Shown here one piece after another: positions 20,609 to 28,909 of a DNA stretch of 64,000 nt. The stretch covers positions 14,174-78,173 of the forward strand of contig CALHAB010000040.1 in assembly GCA_937934185.1 (NCBI GenBank), in the 5' to 3' direction. The number at the start of each line of letters is the position of its first letter. Within the stretch, counting starts at the first letter, position 1. Made by a program: the position numbers and the translations under genes. The stretch comes from an uncultured Ignavibacterium sp. Its GTDB lineage: Bacteria; Bacteroidota; Ignavibacteria; Ignavibacteriales; Ignavibacteriaceae. The notes below the pieces were generated by a model that saw only the letters and a list, made by a program, of their open reading frames with translations, was not told the DNA's origin and did no database searches.

Positions 20609-21075
20609 ATTTCATTCTGAATGTGCTTTAATAATCCTTTAGCTGCATCTTCAATAAGATCGAGTGAATATTCAAAATCTTCTTTGCTGCCATAGTAAGG
20701 ATCAGGAATTTCATCCGCTTTCATCTCAGTAAGAAAATCTGTCATCTTAAAAATTTTATGCTGATATTTTTTTTGAGTATCAAGCCGCTGAACTGATCTG
20801 TAAATCTGATCATCCATCGTAATTATGTAATCAAAATTTTCAAGATCAGATTTAGTTATTTGTCTAGCTCTGTGATTCAGTTCGTAACCTCTTTCTGAGG
20901 CAGCTTCAATCATTCTGGGATCAGGAAACTCTCCTGCGTGATAATCAATTGTACCTGCAGAGTCAACATAAATTTTATCTTTCATTCCGTTTTTATTTAC
21001 AAGCGATTTCATTACTCCTTCGGCAGCAGGGGAACGGCAGATGTTTCCCATACAAACAAATAAAATTTTTTTCAT
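20605..21075 (-). CDS. Low-molecular-weight protein tyrosine phosphatase
   Basis: VCMGNICRS P-loop, DSAGT and DPYY motifs. Confidence 0.95.
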   Translation of the reverse strand: MKKILFVCMGNICRSPAAEGVMKSLVNKNGMKDKIYVDSAGTIDYHAGEFPDPRMIEAASERGYELNHRARQITKSDLENFDYIITMDDQIYRSVQRLDTQKKYQHKIFKMTDFLTEMKADEIPDPYYGSKEDFEYSLDLIEDAAKGLLKHIQNEI

Positions 21076-21100
21076 CGTCTTTCTATTTTGTTGTTAAAGT

Positions 21101-21523
21101 TTAATCAGTTCCTGTTAAAGTTACAACAATATTTCTTCTTTGTGGATGAATCCGATGTTCGCAAAGGTAAATCCCTTGCCAGATACCAAGATTTAATTTT
21201 CCATCTGTGATTGGAATTGTTATTGAATTTCCAAGCAATGAAGTTTTAATATGTGCCGGCATATCATCTTCACCTTCATAATTGTGCATAAAATATTTTT
21301 CATTCGGAATCAGTTTATCAAGAAAGTTTTCCATATCCTTTCTTACATCAGCACTAACATTTTCATTGAGTGAAAGTGAAGCTGAAGTATGCTTGAGGAA
21401 AAAATTTGCAATTCCGATACGGATATTTTTTAACTCCGGCACTTGAGAAAGAATTTCTGAAGTTATCAGATAAATTCCTTTTGAACGACTTTTAAGATTT
21501 ATTTCTTTCTGAATATAAATCAT
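21101..21523 (-). CDS. yjbQ: YjbQ (UPF0047) family protein
   Basis: HTSASLSLNEN, DDMPAHIK and LGIWQGIYLCEH motifs. Confidence 0.92.
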   Translation of the reverse strand: MIYIQKEINLKSRSKGIYLITSEILSQVPELKNIRIGIANFFLKHTSASLSLNENVSADVRKDMENFLDKLIPNEKYFMHNYEGEDDMPAHIKTSLLGNSITIPITDGKLNLGIWQGIYLCEHRIHPQRRNIVVTLTGTD

Positions 21524-21546
21524 AAAAAAAGCGGTATTGCTACCGC
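21524..21546 (-). terminator. Intrinsic terminator after the M28 peptidase gene
   Basis: Minus strand GCGGTA-GCAA-TACCGC followed by T7, which directly abuts the yjbQ ATG. Confidence 0.75.
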
Positions 21547-21553
21547 CACGAAT

Positions 21554-23326
21554 TTATCTTGCTTTTAACTCAAGTTCAACTTCAAGTTCCTGATCGGCTC
21601 TTTTGATTATTACTTTGACTTTATCTCCCGGTTTATAATTTCCGATAGCATAGGTAAAATCATAGATGTTGGAAATTTTCTTATCGCCGAATTTCGTTAT
21701 AATATCACCGGCCTGAAGTCCTGCTAAAGCTGCGGGACTACCTTCAGTTACACCTCCAAGTTTATAACCTTCAGTATCGCCTGCAAAATCAGGTATAGTT
21801 CCAACCCAGACTCTTGAAGCTGTCATTCTTCCTGCGTCTTTTCTTTCGACTGCAAGATAATCAGGTCTGGAATCTGAGTTAATAATTTCAGTCGCAACTG
21901 AGTGAATATATTTAAGTACTTTTTCCTGACCTTCTGAATTTATCTTGTCATAATCATCGCTTGGTTTGTGATAGTCAGAGTGAGTTCCTGTGAAGAAAAA
22001 TAACACAGGAATTTTTTTTCCATAAAAAGATGAATGATCGCTCGGACCAAATCCTTCATCGTTAAATGTAAGTTTGAAACCAAATGAATTTTTATCATTC
22101 AGAATATTCTTCCAGTTTGTTGAAGTGCCTGTTCCATAAACAATCAATGAGCTGTCTTTCAATCTTCCTATCATATCCATATTTATCATAGAAACAACCT
22201 TTTCAGTTGGAACAGGGAAGTGATTAACCAGATAGCTCGAGCCAAGTAAACCAAGTTCTTCGCCTGAGAATGCGAAAAATAAAATACTTCTTTTCAGATT
22301 ATTTTTTTCTGAAGCAAATTTTTCAGAAAGCTCAAGAAGTCCTGTTGTTCCTGAAGCATTATCATCAGCACCGTTGTGAATAGCAGGTTCGCCCTGATAC
22401 AGAGAATTTTGTTTTCCCCAGCCAAGGTGATCAAAATGAGCTCCGATGACTAAATATTCGTCTGATAATTTTTCATCATTACCTTTTAATAAGCCGCCGA
22501 CATTCCAGCTGATACTTTCAACTTCTATTACCTCAGTTTTGATTTTTGCTGAAGTGTTTAGTTCAAAAGAATCAGGTTTTTTGTTTTCGGTGATTTGTTT
22601 CTCAACATCTTCTATATCCAGATTCAGCTTTGAGAATAGTTTTTGCAATACATCTCTTTTTATCTGAAGTACTGAGATTCCCTTAACTTTTGCAGCACCG
22701 TCATATTCAAGTTTAAATAATTTATCATCATCTTTTTTATCAGAAGTATTTACGAAAATTATTCCAGCCGCTCCTTTATCTCTTGCTACAGTTGCTTTAT
22801 ATCTTAAACCTGCAAATTGCTCAAGCGGAGAATGTGGTGTATTTAAGTCTGGATGATTTCTGAAAACAATAACAACTTTATCTTTTACATCAATGTTCTC
22901 GTAATCGTCGTAATTATTTTCTTTGGAAGAAATACCAAATCCTGCAAAGACAAGTTTACCCTCGACTGACAGATTATCAGAAAAGGGAAGAGGTGTGAAA
23001 TCATTATTAACTTCTAAGGAAAGAGTTTCTTCATCAGAAAATTTTAAGTAATTATCTCCTAATTTTATATCCGAGATAAATGGAAATTCCTGAAAATAAC
23101 TTCCATTGAATACCGGCTGAAGCCCGGCTTTTTCAAATTCTTTTGCAATATACTCTGCTGCAATACGGCATTGTTCAGTTCCGGTAAATCGTCCTTCCAA
23201 TTCATCAGAGGCAAGATATTTTATATGTTCATAAATTTCTTCCTTTGTTATCTCAGGTGAATCAACAACCTGTGAAAAAGAAATTGTTTGAAGAGCAACA
23301 AAAATTATCAGAATTATTTTTTTCAT
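21554..23326 (-). CDS. Secreted M28 family peptidase with PA and C-terminal PDZ domains
   Basis: GAHFDHLG, NGADDNASG, GEELGLLGS, SDH and YHKPSD motifs; PDZ GSPAALAGLQAGD. Start moved to ATG 23326 (signal peptide). Confidence 0.92.
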   Translation of the reverse strand: MKKIILIIFVALQTISFSQVVDSPEITKEEIYEHIKYLASDELEGRFTGTEQCRIAAEYIAKEFEKAGLQPVFNGSYFQEFPFISDIKLGDNYLKFSDEETLSLEVNNDFTPLPFSDNLSVEGKLVFAGFGISSKENNYDDYENIDVKDKVVIVFRNHPDLNTPHSPLEQFAGLRYKATVARDKGAAGIIFVNTSDKKDDDKLFKLEYDGAAKVKGISVLQIKRDVLQKLFSKLNLDIEDVEKQITENKKPDSFELNTSAKIKTEVIEVESISWNVGGLLKGNDEKLSDEYLVIGAHFDHLGWGKQNSLYQGEPAIHNGADDNASGTTGLLELSEKFASEKNNLKRSILFFAFSGEELGLLGSSYLVNHFPVPTEKVVSMINMDMIGRLKDSSLIVYGTGTSTNWKNILNDKNSFGFKLTFNDEGFGPSDHSSFYGKKIPVLFFFTGTHSDYHKPSDDYDKINSEGQEKVLKYIHSVATEIINSDSRPDYLAVERKDAGRMTASRVWVGTIPDFAGDTEGYKLGGVTEGSPAALAGLQAGDIITKFGDKKISNIYDFTYAIGNYKPGDKVKVIIKRADQELEVELELKAR

Positions 23327-23337
23327 TTCTGTTTCCT

Positions 23338-24387
23338 TTATTCTTCTTCTACCCATTCAGCTATAAAAATATTTGTATCATTTGGATTTTTATTAAATCT
23401 GTTTGAACCAAAAACAAGATACTTCCCGTCGGGAGAAAACATTGGGAAGCCATCGAATGTTGGATTATATGTAATTTGCTTTAAGCCGGTTCCATCAATG
23501 TTAATGATAAACAGGTTAAAATCACGACCATCTTTACTTCCGTAGTTTGATGAAAAAATAATTCTCTTGCCATCCGGATGAAAGAACGGTGCAAAGCTTG
23601 CTTTACCGAGATTGGTAACCTGATTCATATTTTTTCCATCAGCATCCATAACAAATATTTCAAGTGTAGTCGGGCGGACTAAACCATATTTTACCAGTTC
23701 ATCATAATCACTTAACTGCTCTTGGGTTTTTGGTCTGCTTGCTCTGAAAACGATTTTTTCCCCATCCGGTGAAAAAAATGCTCCGCCATCGTAACCTTTT
23801 TCGAATGTTAATCTGGTTTGATCAGATCCATCGAGATTCATTATATAAAGTTCAGGGTCATCATCTCTTGTTGATGTAAAAACAATTTTATCGCCTTTGG
23901 GAGAGATTGTTGCTTCGGCGTCATATTTACCTGAGTTAGTGATCTGGACTAAATTATTCCCATCTTTATCAGCCATAAAAATGTCGTATGAATCATAAAG
24001 TTTCCAAACATAACCTTTAGACCTATCAGGTGGAGGCGGGCAATCCTCATCGAAGTGATGAGTGGAAGCGTAAAGAATTTTTTCTCCATCAGGATAAAAA
24101 TATGCGCAAGTGGTTCTGCCTTTTCCTGTTGAAACCATCTTTTTATCAGATCCATCAATATTCATTGTGAATATCTGATCACATTTCAATGAATCAACAG
24201 TTGCCTGAAATATTAATTTCTTACCATCGAATGAAAAGTATGCTTCAGCATTTTCTCCAACTTCAGTCAGCATTCTGATATTCTTTAAGTGACTTTCGCC
24301 TTCAAATCTGTATTTCTCATTTTCTGATTGTGCAGAAACAAAATGAGATACTAAAATTATAAGAGATAATACAAGTGTTTTATTCAT
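23338..24387 (-). CDS. Secreted TolB-like beta-propeller (PD40 repeats)
   Basis: Signal peptide; repeated FSPDGK-IVF-S units; ENAEAYFS and GRTTCAYF segments. Confidence 0.88.
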   Translation of the reverse strand: MNKTLVLSLIILVSHFVSAQSENEKYRFEGESHLKNIRMLTEVGENAEAYFSFDGKKLIFQATVDSLKCDQIFTMNIDGSDKKMVSTGKGRTTCAYFYPDGEKILYASTHHFDEDCPPPPDRSKGYVWKLYDSYDIFMADKDGNNLVQITNSGKYDAEATISPKGDKIVFTSTRDDDPELYIMNLDGSDQTRLTFEKGYDGGAFFSPDGEKIVFRASRPKTQEQLSDYDELVKYGLVRPTTLEIFVMDADGKNMNQVTNLGKASFAPFFHPDGKRIIFSSNYGSKDGRDFNLFIINIDGTGLKQITYNPTFDGFPMFSPDGKYLVFGSNRFNKNPNDTNIFIAEWVEEE

Positions 24388-24401
24388 TTAACTCTCCATA
24401 T

Positions 24402-25115
24402 TTATTCTGGAACATGAACAAGAAAATATTCTTTTGCAGTTTCGCCTATAGATTTTGCTTCTTTGAAAGACATATGCATATCATCAGATTCTTCATCACC
24501 GTGACCAGCTTCAATTATAGCAAGATCAGCACCTTTGGCACTTCGAACTAAAGTTTCACAGTAAGCTGTATCACCGCCGTAACAAATTTTCATTTTATTA
24601 TAAGTAAAATTATATCCTAATGCGGGGACTTGTCTTTTTCCTCTTCCATCGTTTAAAATTTCTTTATGAATTACTTCGAAAGGTTTGATTCGTACTTTTT
24701 TGCTTGTTATGACAGAATTTCCGTCAACTTCTTTAAGTTTGATTAAATAAGGAAGTGAATCGTGATATACTTTTACAAATGCATTATGAATATGCTCGAT
24801 TTCAATGCATCCTTTCGGATAATAAATTGTCAGAGGAGATTTTTTATTCATCACACGAAGATAAGTGAGTAAAGACCATACTCCGCCAACATGATCGTGG
24901 TGGCCATGAGTTACAAATACATCTGAAATAGATTTAATTTGTTCAACTGTTAGTTCTTTGATAAGATCACGGAGAATTCCATCACCGGGATCAATTACGA
25001 AATTAGATGAACCAGCGCGCACCAGAATACCTGTTGCAATATTCGGTATTGAGCAAAAGATTTTAATTGAAAAATCTTTTTTAGACCAGCTTAATGGATA
25101 TTTAGTTTTATTCAT
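24402..25115 (-). CDS. Metallo-beta-lactamase-fold hydrolase, RNase Z-like
   Basis: IDPGDG, THGHHDHVGG, YGGDT, IEA, HMS and LVH motifs. Confidence 0.8.
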   Translation of the reverse strand: MNKTKYPLSWSKKDFSIKIFCSIPNIATGILVRAGSSNFVIDPGDGILRDLIKELTVEQIKSISDVFVTHGHHDHVGGVWSLLTYLRVMNKKSPLTIYYPKGCIEIEHIHNAFVKVYHDSLPYLIKLKEVDGNSVITSKKVRIKPFEVIHKEILNDGRGKRQVPALGYNFTYNKMKICYGGDTAYCETLVRSAKGADLAIIEAGHGDEESDDMHMSFKEAKSIGETAKEYFLVHVPE

Positions 25116-25138
25116 CGGTAAACTTTTATGAAAAGTGT

Positions 25139-25585
25139 TTAAATGTTTTTACAATTCTTTTTGTTCTTACATCTTGCAAAAATGTTAAATGAATAGCTGT
25201 CAAAATCAAATCCCAAATCATCGCTGATTTGTTCAGGGAGTTTTTTGATGCGCGGGTCAGAGAACTCGACAATTTTGCCGCAATCTACACAAATTAAATG
25301 GTCGTGAGTTTGTTTTTTGTAATTGCTTTCATAACGGGTGATGTTATCACCAAAATTTCTTTTGGAAATAAGGTCGCATTGAACTAATAACTCAAGAGTA
25401 TTATAGACAGTAGCTCGTGAAACTCTGGATTTTGCATTTTTCATTTTGATGTAAAGATCATCAGCACCAAAATGACCTTCGTGTTCAAGAGCATATTCAA
25501 GCACTTCAAATCTTTCGGGGGTTAATCTGTTTTTGCCCTCTTTAAGAAATTTGCGAAAAATCTCTTCTGCTTTCTCGTTCTTCAT
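25139..25585 (-). CDS. fur: Fur-family metal-responsive repressor
   Basis: HFGADDL, VSRATVYNTLELL and HDHLICVDCGKIVEF motifs; directly downstream of feoAB. Confidence 0.88.
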   Translation of the reverse strand: MKNEKAEEIFRKFLKEGKNRLTPERFEVLEYALEHEGHFGADDLYIKMKNAKSRVSRATVYNTLELLVQCDLISKRNFGDNITRYESNYKKQTHDHLICVDCGKIVEFSDPRIKKLPEQISDDLGFDFDSYSFNIFARCKNKKNCKNI

Positions 25586-25650
25586 TTTCTTTAATTTGAT
25601 TTCACCTAAAAATATATGTGCTGTCTTGTTTTATCAAGACAAACAAACAG

Positions 25651-27675
25651 TTAGTTGATTCCTAAAAGCTTCAATCCATTTACTGTAACTAATGTTAAGA
25701 GATAAGCTGTTGATGTAAAAATTATTAATTGAAGAACAGGAATCCTCCAGCCACCGGTTTCTTTTTTTGAAACAGCTATCGTAGATATGCATTGCAAAGC
25801 AAATACAAAGAATACAACAAGTCCTATAACAGTTGAAGCAGTAAATAAAGGTTCACCGGTTTCCTGATTGGTTGCTGTTTGCATAGCAGTTAATAAAGAT
25901 GACTGAATATTTTCATCATCAGTTACTCTGAAAATTAAGGCGAGTGATGAAACAAATACTTCTCTTGCTGCGAATGCTGCAATTAGTGAAACACCAATTC
26001 TCCAATCCATTCCAATTGGGGTCATAAGCGGTTGAATAAACTTTCCAAGCTCTGCAGCGTATGAGGTCGCTAATCTTTCAGATTTTTCAAGTTGAATTAT
26101 TTCCTCTTCGTTTAATCCGGTTGCATCAATTTGAGGAGAATGGTTAGGCATATAAGTTAAAAACCAGATTACTAAGGAAAGTAATAAAATAATTGGTCCT
26201 GCTCTTTTGATATAATGTAAAGCATTCAAATAGGAATTTTTCAACACAACTTTAAGCTTTGGAATTCTGTATGCAGGCAGTTCAAGAATAAATGAAGAAG
26301 TATCTTCAGTTCTTATAAGTTTTTTACTGAACTTATTTATAAGTGATGCAACTATTATTGAACTTACAATGCTGAAAATGTAAATTGAAGCTAACAATAA
26401 ACCACCGAGCCAAGGTCTGTCAGAAGGGGTTAAAAAAGCAACCAACAATACATAAACTGGCAGTCTTGCACTGCAACTCATAAGAGGAATGATAAAGATA
26501 GTCAGTAGTCTTTCACGTTTGTTGGAAATTGTTCTTGCTGCAAGCATCGCCGGAATTGCACAAGCAAATCCTGAAAGCATCGGAACAAATGATTTACCAT
26601 TCAGTCCGATTTTAGATAATGGCTTATCAATCATCATTGCGCCCCTTGCAAGGTAACCGGTATCTTCAAGCAAACCAAGAATCAGAAATAAAATTAAAAT
26701 CTGCGGCAAAAATACCAGCACTGCACCCGTTCCGCTTATCAGACCATCACCAATCAAATGAGAGTACCAGGTATTGCCTAAAAGCTCTGATGAAGTCTGA
26801 GCCAGATATGAGAAAAAATTATCAACCATTGTCATAAAAGGATCAGCCAGCCAGAAGATAGATGTAAACATCGTTGTCATTATGAGGAAAAAGAAAAGCA
26901 ACCCATATTTTCTATGTAAAAGAATTTTATCAAGCTTGAGTGTGAATAAATCCGGCTGCAAGCTTGATTCCTGCAACACAGGATTAAGGATATTAATCTG
27001 CTTATTGATTTTTTCTAAATCCGGAATTTCAATAGGTTCAATAACAGCACGGGTTAAGTTTTCAATTTCAGAATAGAGATTAAGTAAATTTTCTTTGCTT
27101 AACTGATTTGAAATTGTGTAAGGTTGAACTTTCCTGTGATTTTCAATTTCTTCCAGATTTTTTTCAATACTAATTATTAAATCATTTATACCGGCACCAG
27201 TTCTTCCATTAACTTGGACAACATCACAACGAAGAAGTTTTGAAAGTTTTTCAGTATTTACTTTTAATCCTTTTTTTTCGAGCAAGTCCCGCATTGTAAG
27301 AACAAGAATTACCTTAAAACCAGCCGAGAGCAACTGTTTGGTAAGCAATAAATGTCTGGACAATTGACTGGCGTCTGCTGTAGCAATCACTAAATCCGGT
27401 ACACCAAATTCAGGATGGTTATATAAAGAATTAACTGTAACTTCTTCATCAGGGGAATTCGGATTAAGTGAGATTATTCCGGGTGAATCAAGCAGATTAG
27501 CATCAATGTTAAATTTTTCTTGAATTTTGCAAGTATAATATTCTACTGTAGAACCAGGGTAATTAACTGTCTTAAAATTTTTACCGCTCAGGTAATTGAA
27601 CAGGGTGGTTTTCCCTGAATTGGGAGGACCGACAAGTGTTATAAGAGGAATCTGTTTGGCAACATCAATGCTCAT
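25651..27675 (-). CDS. feoB: Ferrous iron transporter FeoB
   Basis: GPPNSGKTT, VNYPGSTVE, DSPG, LEDTGYLAR, GFACAIPA, CSARLPVY and AAREVFVS motifs. Confidence 0.96.
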   Translation of the reverse strand: MSIDVAKQIPLITLVGPPNSGKTTLFNYLSGKNFKTVNYPGSTVEYYTCKIQEKFNIDANLLDSPGIISLNPNSPDEEVTVNSLYNHPEFGVPDLVIATADASQLSRHLLLTKQLLSAGFKVILVLTMRDLLEKKGLKVNTEKLSKLLRCDVVQVNGRTGAGINDLIISIEKNLEEIENHRKVQPYTISNQLSKENLLNLYSEIENLTRAVIEPIEIPDLEKINKQINILNPVLQESSLQPDLFTLKLDKILLHRKYGLLFFFLIMTTMFTSIFWLADPFMTMVDNFFSYLAQTSSELLGNTWYSHLIGDGLISGTGAVLVFLPQILILFLILGLLEDTGYLARGAMMIDKPLSKIGLNGKSFVPMLSGFACAIPAMLAARTISNKRERLLTIFIIPLMSCSARLPVYVLLVAFLTPSDRPWLGGLLLASIYIFSIVSSIIVASLINKFSKKLIRTEDTSSFILELPAYRIPKLKVVLKNSYLNALHYIKRAGPIILLLSLVIWFLTYMPNHSPQIDATGLNEEEIIQLEKSERLATSYAAELGKFIQPLMTPIGMDWRIGVSLIAAFAAREVFVSSLALIFRVTDDENIQSSLLTAMQTATNQETGEPLFTASTVIGLVVFFVFALQCISTIAVSKKETGGWRIPVLQLIIFTSTAYLLTLVTVNGLKLLGIN

Positions 27676-27893
27676 GACAAAATTATGCAGTCAGCTTCAT
27701 TTCTTCTAATAGCGATTAATGTTCCTCTTATTGAAAAAGCCAATGGATCGTTGAACAATGATGTATTTACCAGCTCTATTTCCTGGCCGGGAGTAAACCC
27801 AATTTCAATTAATCTCTTGTAAGAAGGATTATCTGAATTGATGTCAGATATTCTTGCTTTTTCTCCGTGTTTTAATTCTGCAGCTGTTTTCAT
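27672..27893 (-). CDS. feoA: Ferrous iron transport protein FeoA
   Basis: RLIEIGFTPG and DPLAFSIRGTLIAIRRNEA motifs; ATG at 27893; stop overlaps the feoB start. Confidence 0.93.
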   Translation of the reverse strand: MKTAAELKHGEKARISDINSDNPSYKRLIEIGFTPGQEIELVNTSLFNDPLAFSIRGTLIAIRRNEADCIILS

Positions 27894-27908
27894 TTTTTTT
27901 ACCAAACT

Positions 27909-27957
27909 ATTTAGATTTAGTCTACATAAACTTACATATCACTAATTAATAAAGCAA
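27909..27957 (-). promoter_or_regulatory. feoA promoter with an adjacent Fur-box-like inverted repeat
   Basis: Minus strand TTGCTT-17-TAAGTT (27957-27929). Imperfect 19-bp palindrome ATTTAGA-TTTAG-TCTACAT (27909-27927) spans the expected transcription start. Confidence 0.65.
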
Positions 27958-28312
27958 GAACTTTTTAAGTAGAGTGTAATTAAAATCACTTGATAAAAGT
28001 CAACTATATTTGCAAACAGAGGAGAAATAAAATCCCTAACAACTGTTTATTCTCTCGGTAAAACTTACAATTTCTTTCAAATCTTCATTACAAAATTGGA
28101 GTAATGGACTAATTCTTACTATTAGCAATGGAACTGCTATGTAGAAATGAATTTGTGTAATGATTACAAGTTTTTATCATTAAAATGAAAAGAAGTGAAA
28201 GTAAAATAATTTCAAAAAAAATAGCGACAAATTTGACAGTCAAACTTAACCTATTATTTGAGCTTAATAGATAAGTCATATTGTATGTATGGTGTAATGA
28301 TAAATATAAATT

Positions 28313-28328
28313 TGGCATTGAATATGCA
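28313..28328 (+). promoter_or_regulatory. Putative sigma54 (RpoN) -24/-12 promoter
   Basis: TGGCATTGAATATGCA against consensus TGGCACGNNNNTTGCW, with GG and GC at the exact spacing; 45 nt before the ATG at 28374. Confidence 0.6.
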
Positions 28329-28373
28329 AAACCAGTCATGAAATGTCGAACAAAATTTTCAAAGAGGATTAAA

Positions 28374-28907
28374 ATGGATATCGCAAAATTAGCTTTTCTT
28401 GAAACTTATAACTTGCCCGAGAACGGAGGCATTATGGGAGCTGTTCTTGTAACAGATGCTGAAACCAAACCTCTTGAGTTCAGAGTGACAGCGCCGATTA
28501 AACCAACAAGTTTTCAGAAAACTTTATATGGTGATGTATTGCTGGAGCATGTTCTTGTAGAGTTGATTGCAATTCCGCTTCTGAATGCAATTAATGAGCA
28601 GGTTGATATGATTCTCGTAAAAGATCCTCTCTTTCTTAGCGCTAATAATAAGCAGGGAATAAGAGTAGTTAGGATTGTAAATGATGAAAGCAGCAAAGCA
28701 AAAGGAAATACAGTGCTCATTCCTCTTAATACACCTATGAATGGAAGTGCAAAAGCGTATCTGGAAAGTGCAAAAAAGTTTGAAGAAGAATTGCAGTCAA
28801 TTAAAGAGAAACTAGAAAAGATTGCTGAATCAAGAAACCTTTCCGAACCATTTGAGAGACTTAAACTTGCTTGTGAACAGGTCCAATCTCAAAGAACAGG
28901 TGATTAA
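28374..28907 (+). CDS. Hypothetical protein (177 aa), possible RNase-H/EndoV-like fold
   Basis: ATG 28374 with GAGG SD; GAVLVTD-KPLEFRVTAPIKP-QKTLYG core; C-terminal EPFERL. The fold is inferred. Confidence 0.75.
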   Translation: MDIAKLAFLETYNLPENGGIMGAVLVTDAETKPLEFRVTAPIKPTSFQKTLYGDVLLEHVLVELIAIPLLNAINEQVDMILVKDPLFLSANNKQGIRVVRIVNDESSKAKGNTVLIPLNTPMNGSAKAYLESAKKFEEELQSIKEKLEKIAESRNLSEPFERLKLACEQVQSQRTGD

Positions 28908-28909
28908 AA

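Noticed and set aside
28005-28060. TATATTTG followed by GAGGAG and a possible GAGAAATAAA/TTTATTCTC hairpin (sRNA or leader peptide?)
   Set aside because: No start codon at SD distance, no matching -35 element, and the stem is AU-rich and bulged. Too weak to call without RNA data.
28109-28339. 76-aa minus-strand ORF in the feoA intergenic region
   Set aside because: No SD, no family resemblance, and it overlaps the putative sigma54 promoter and palindromes.
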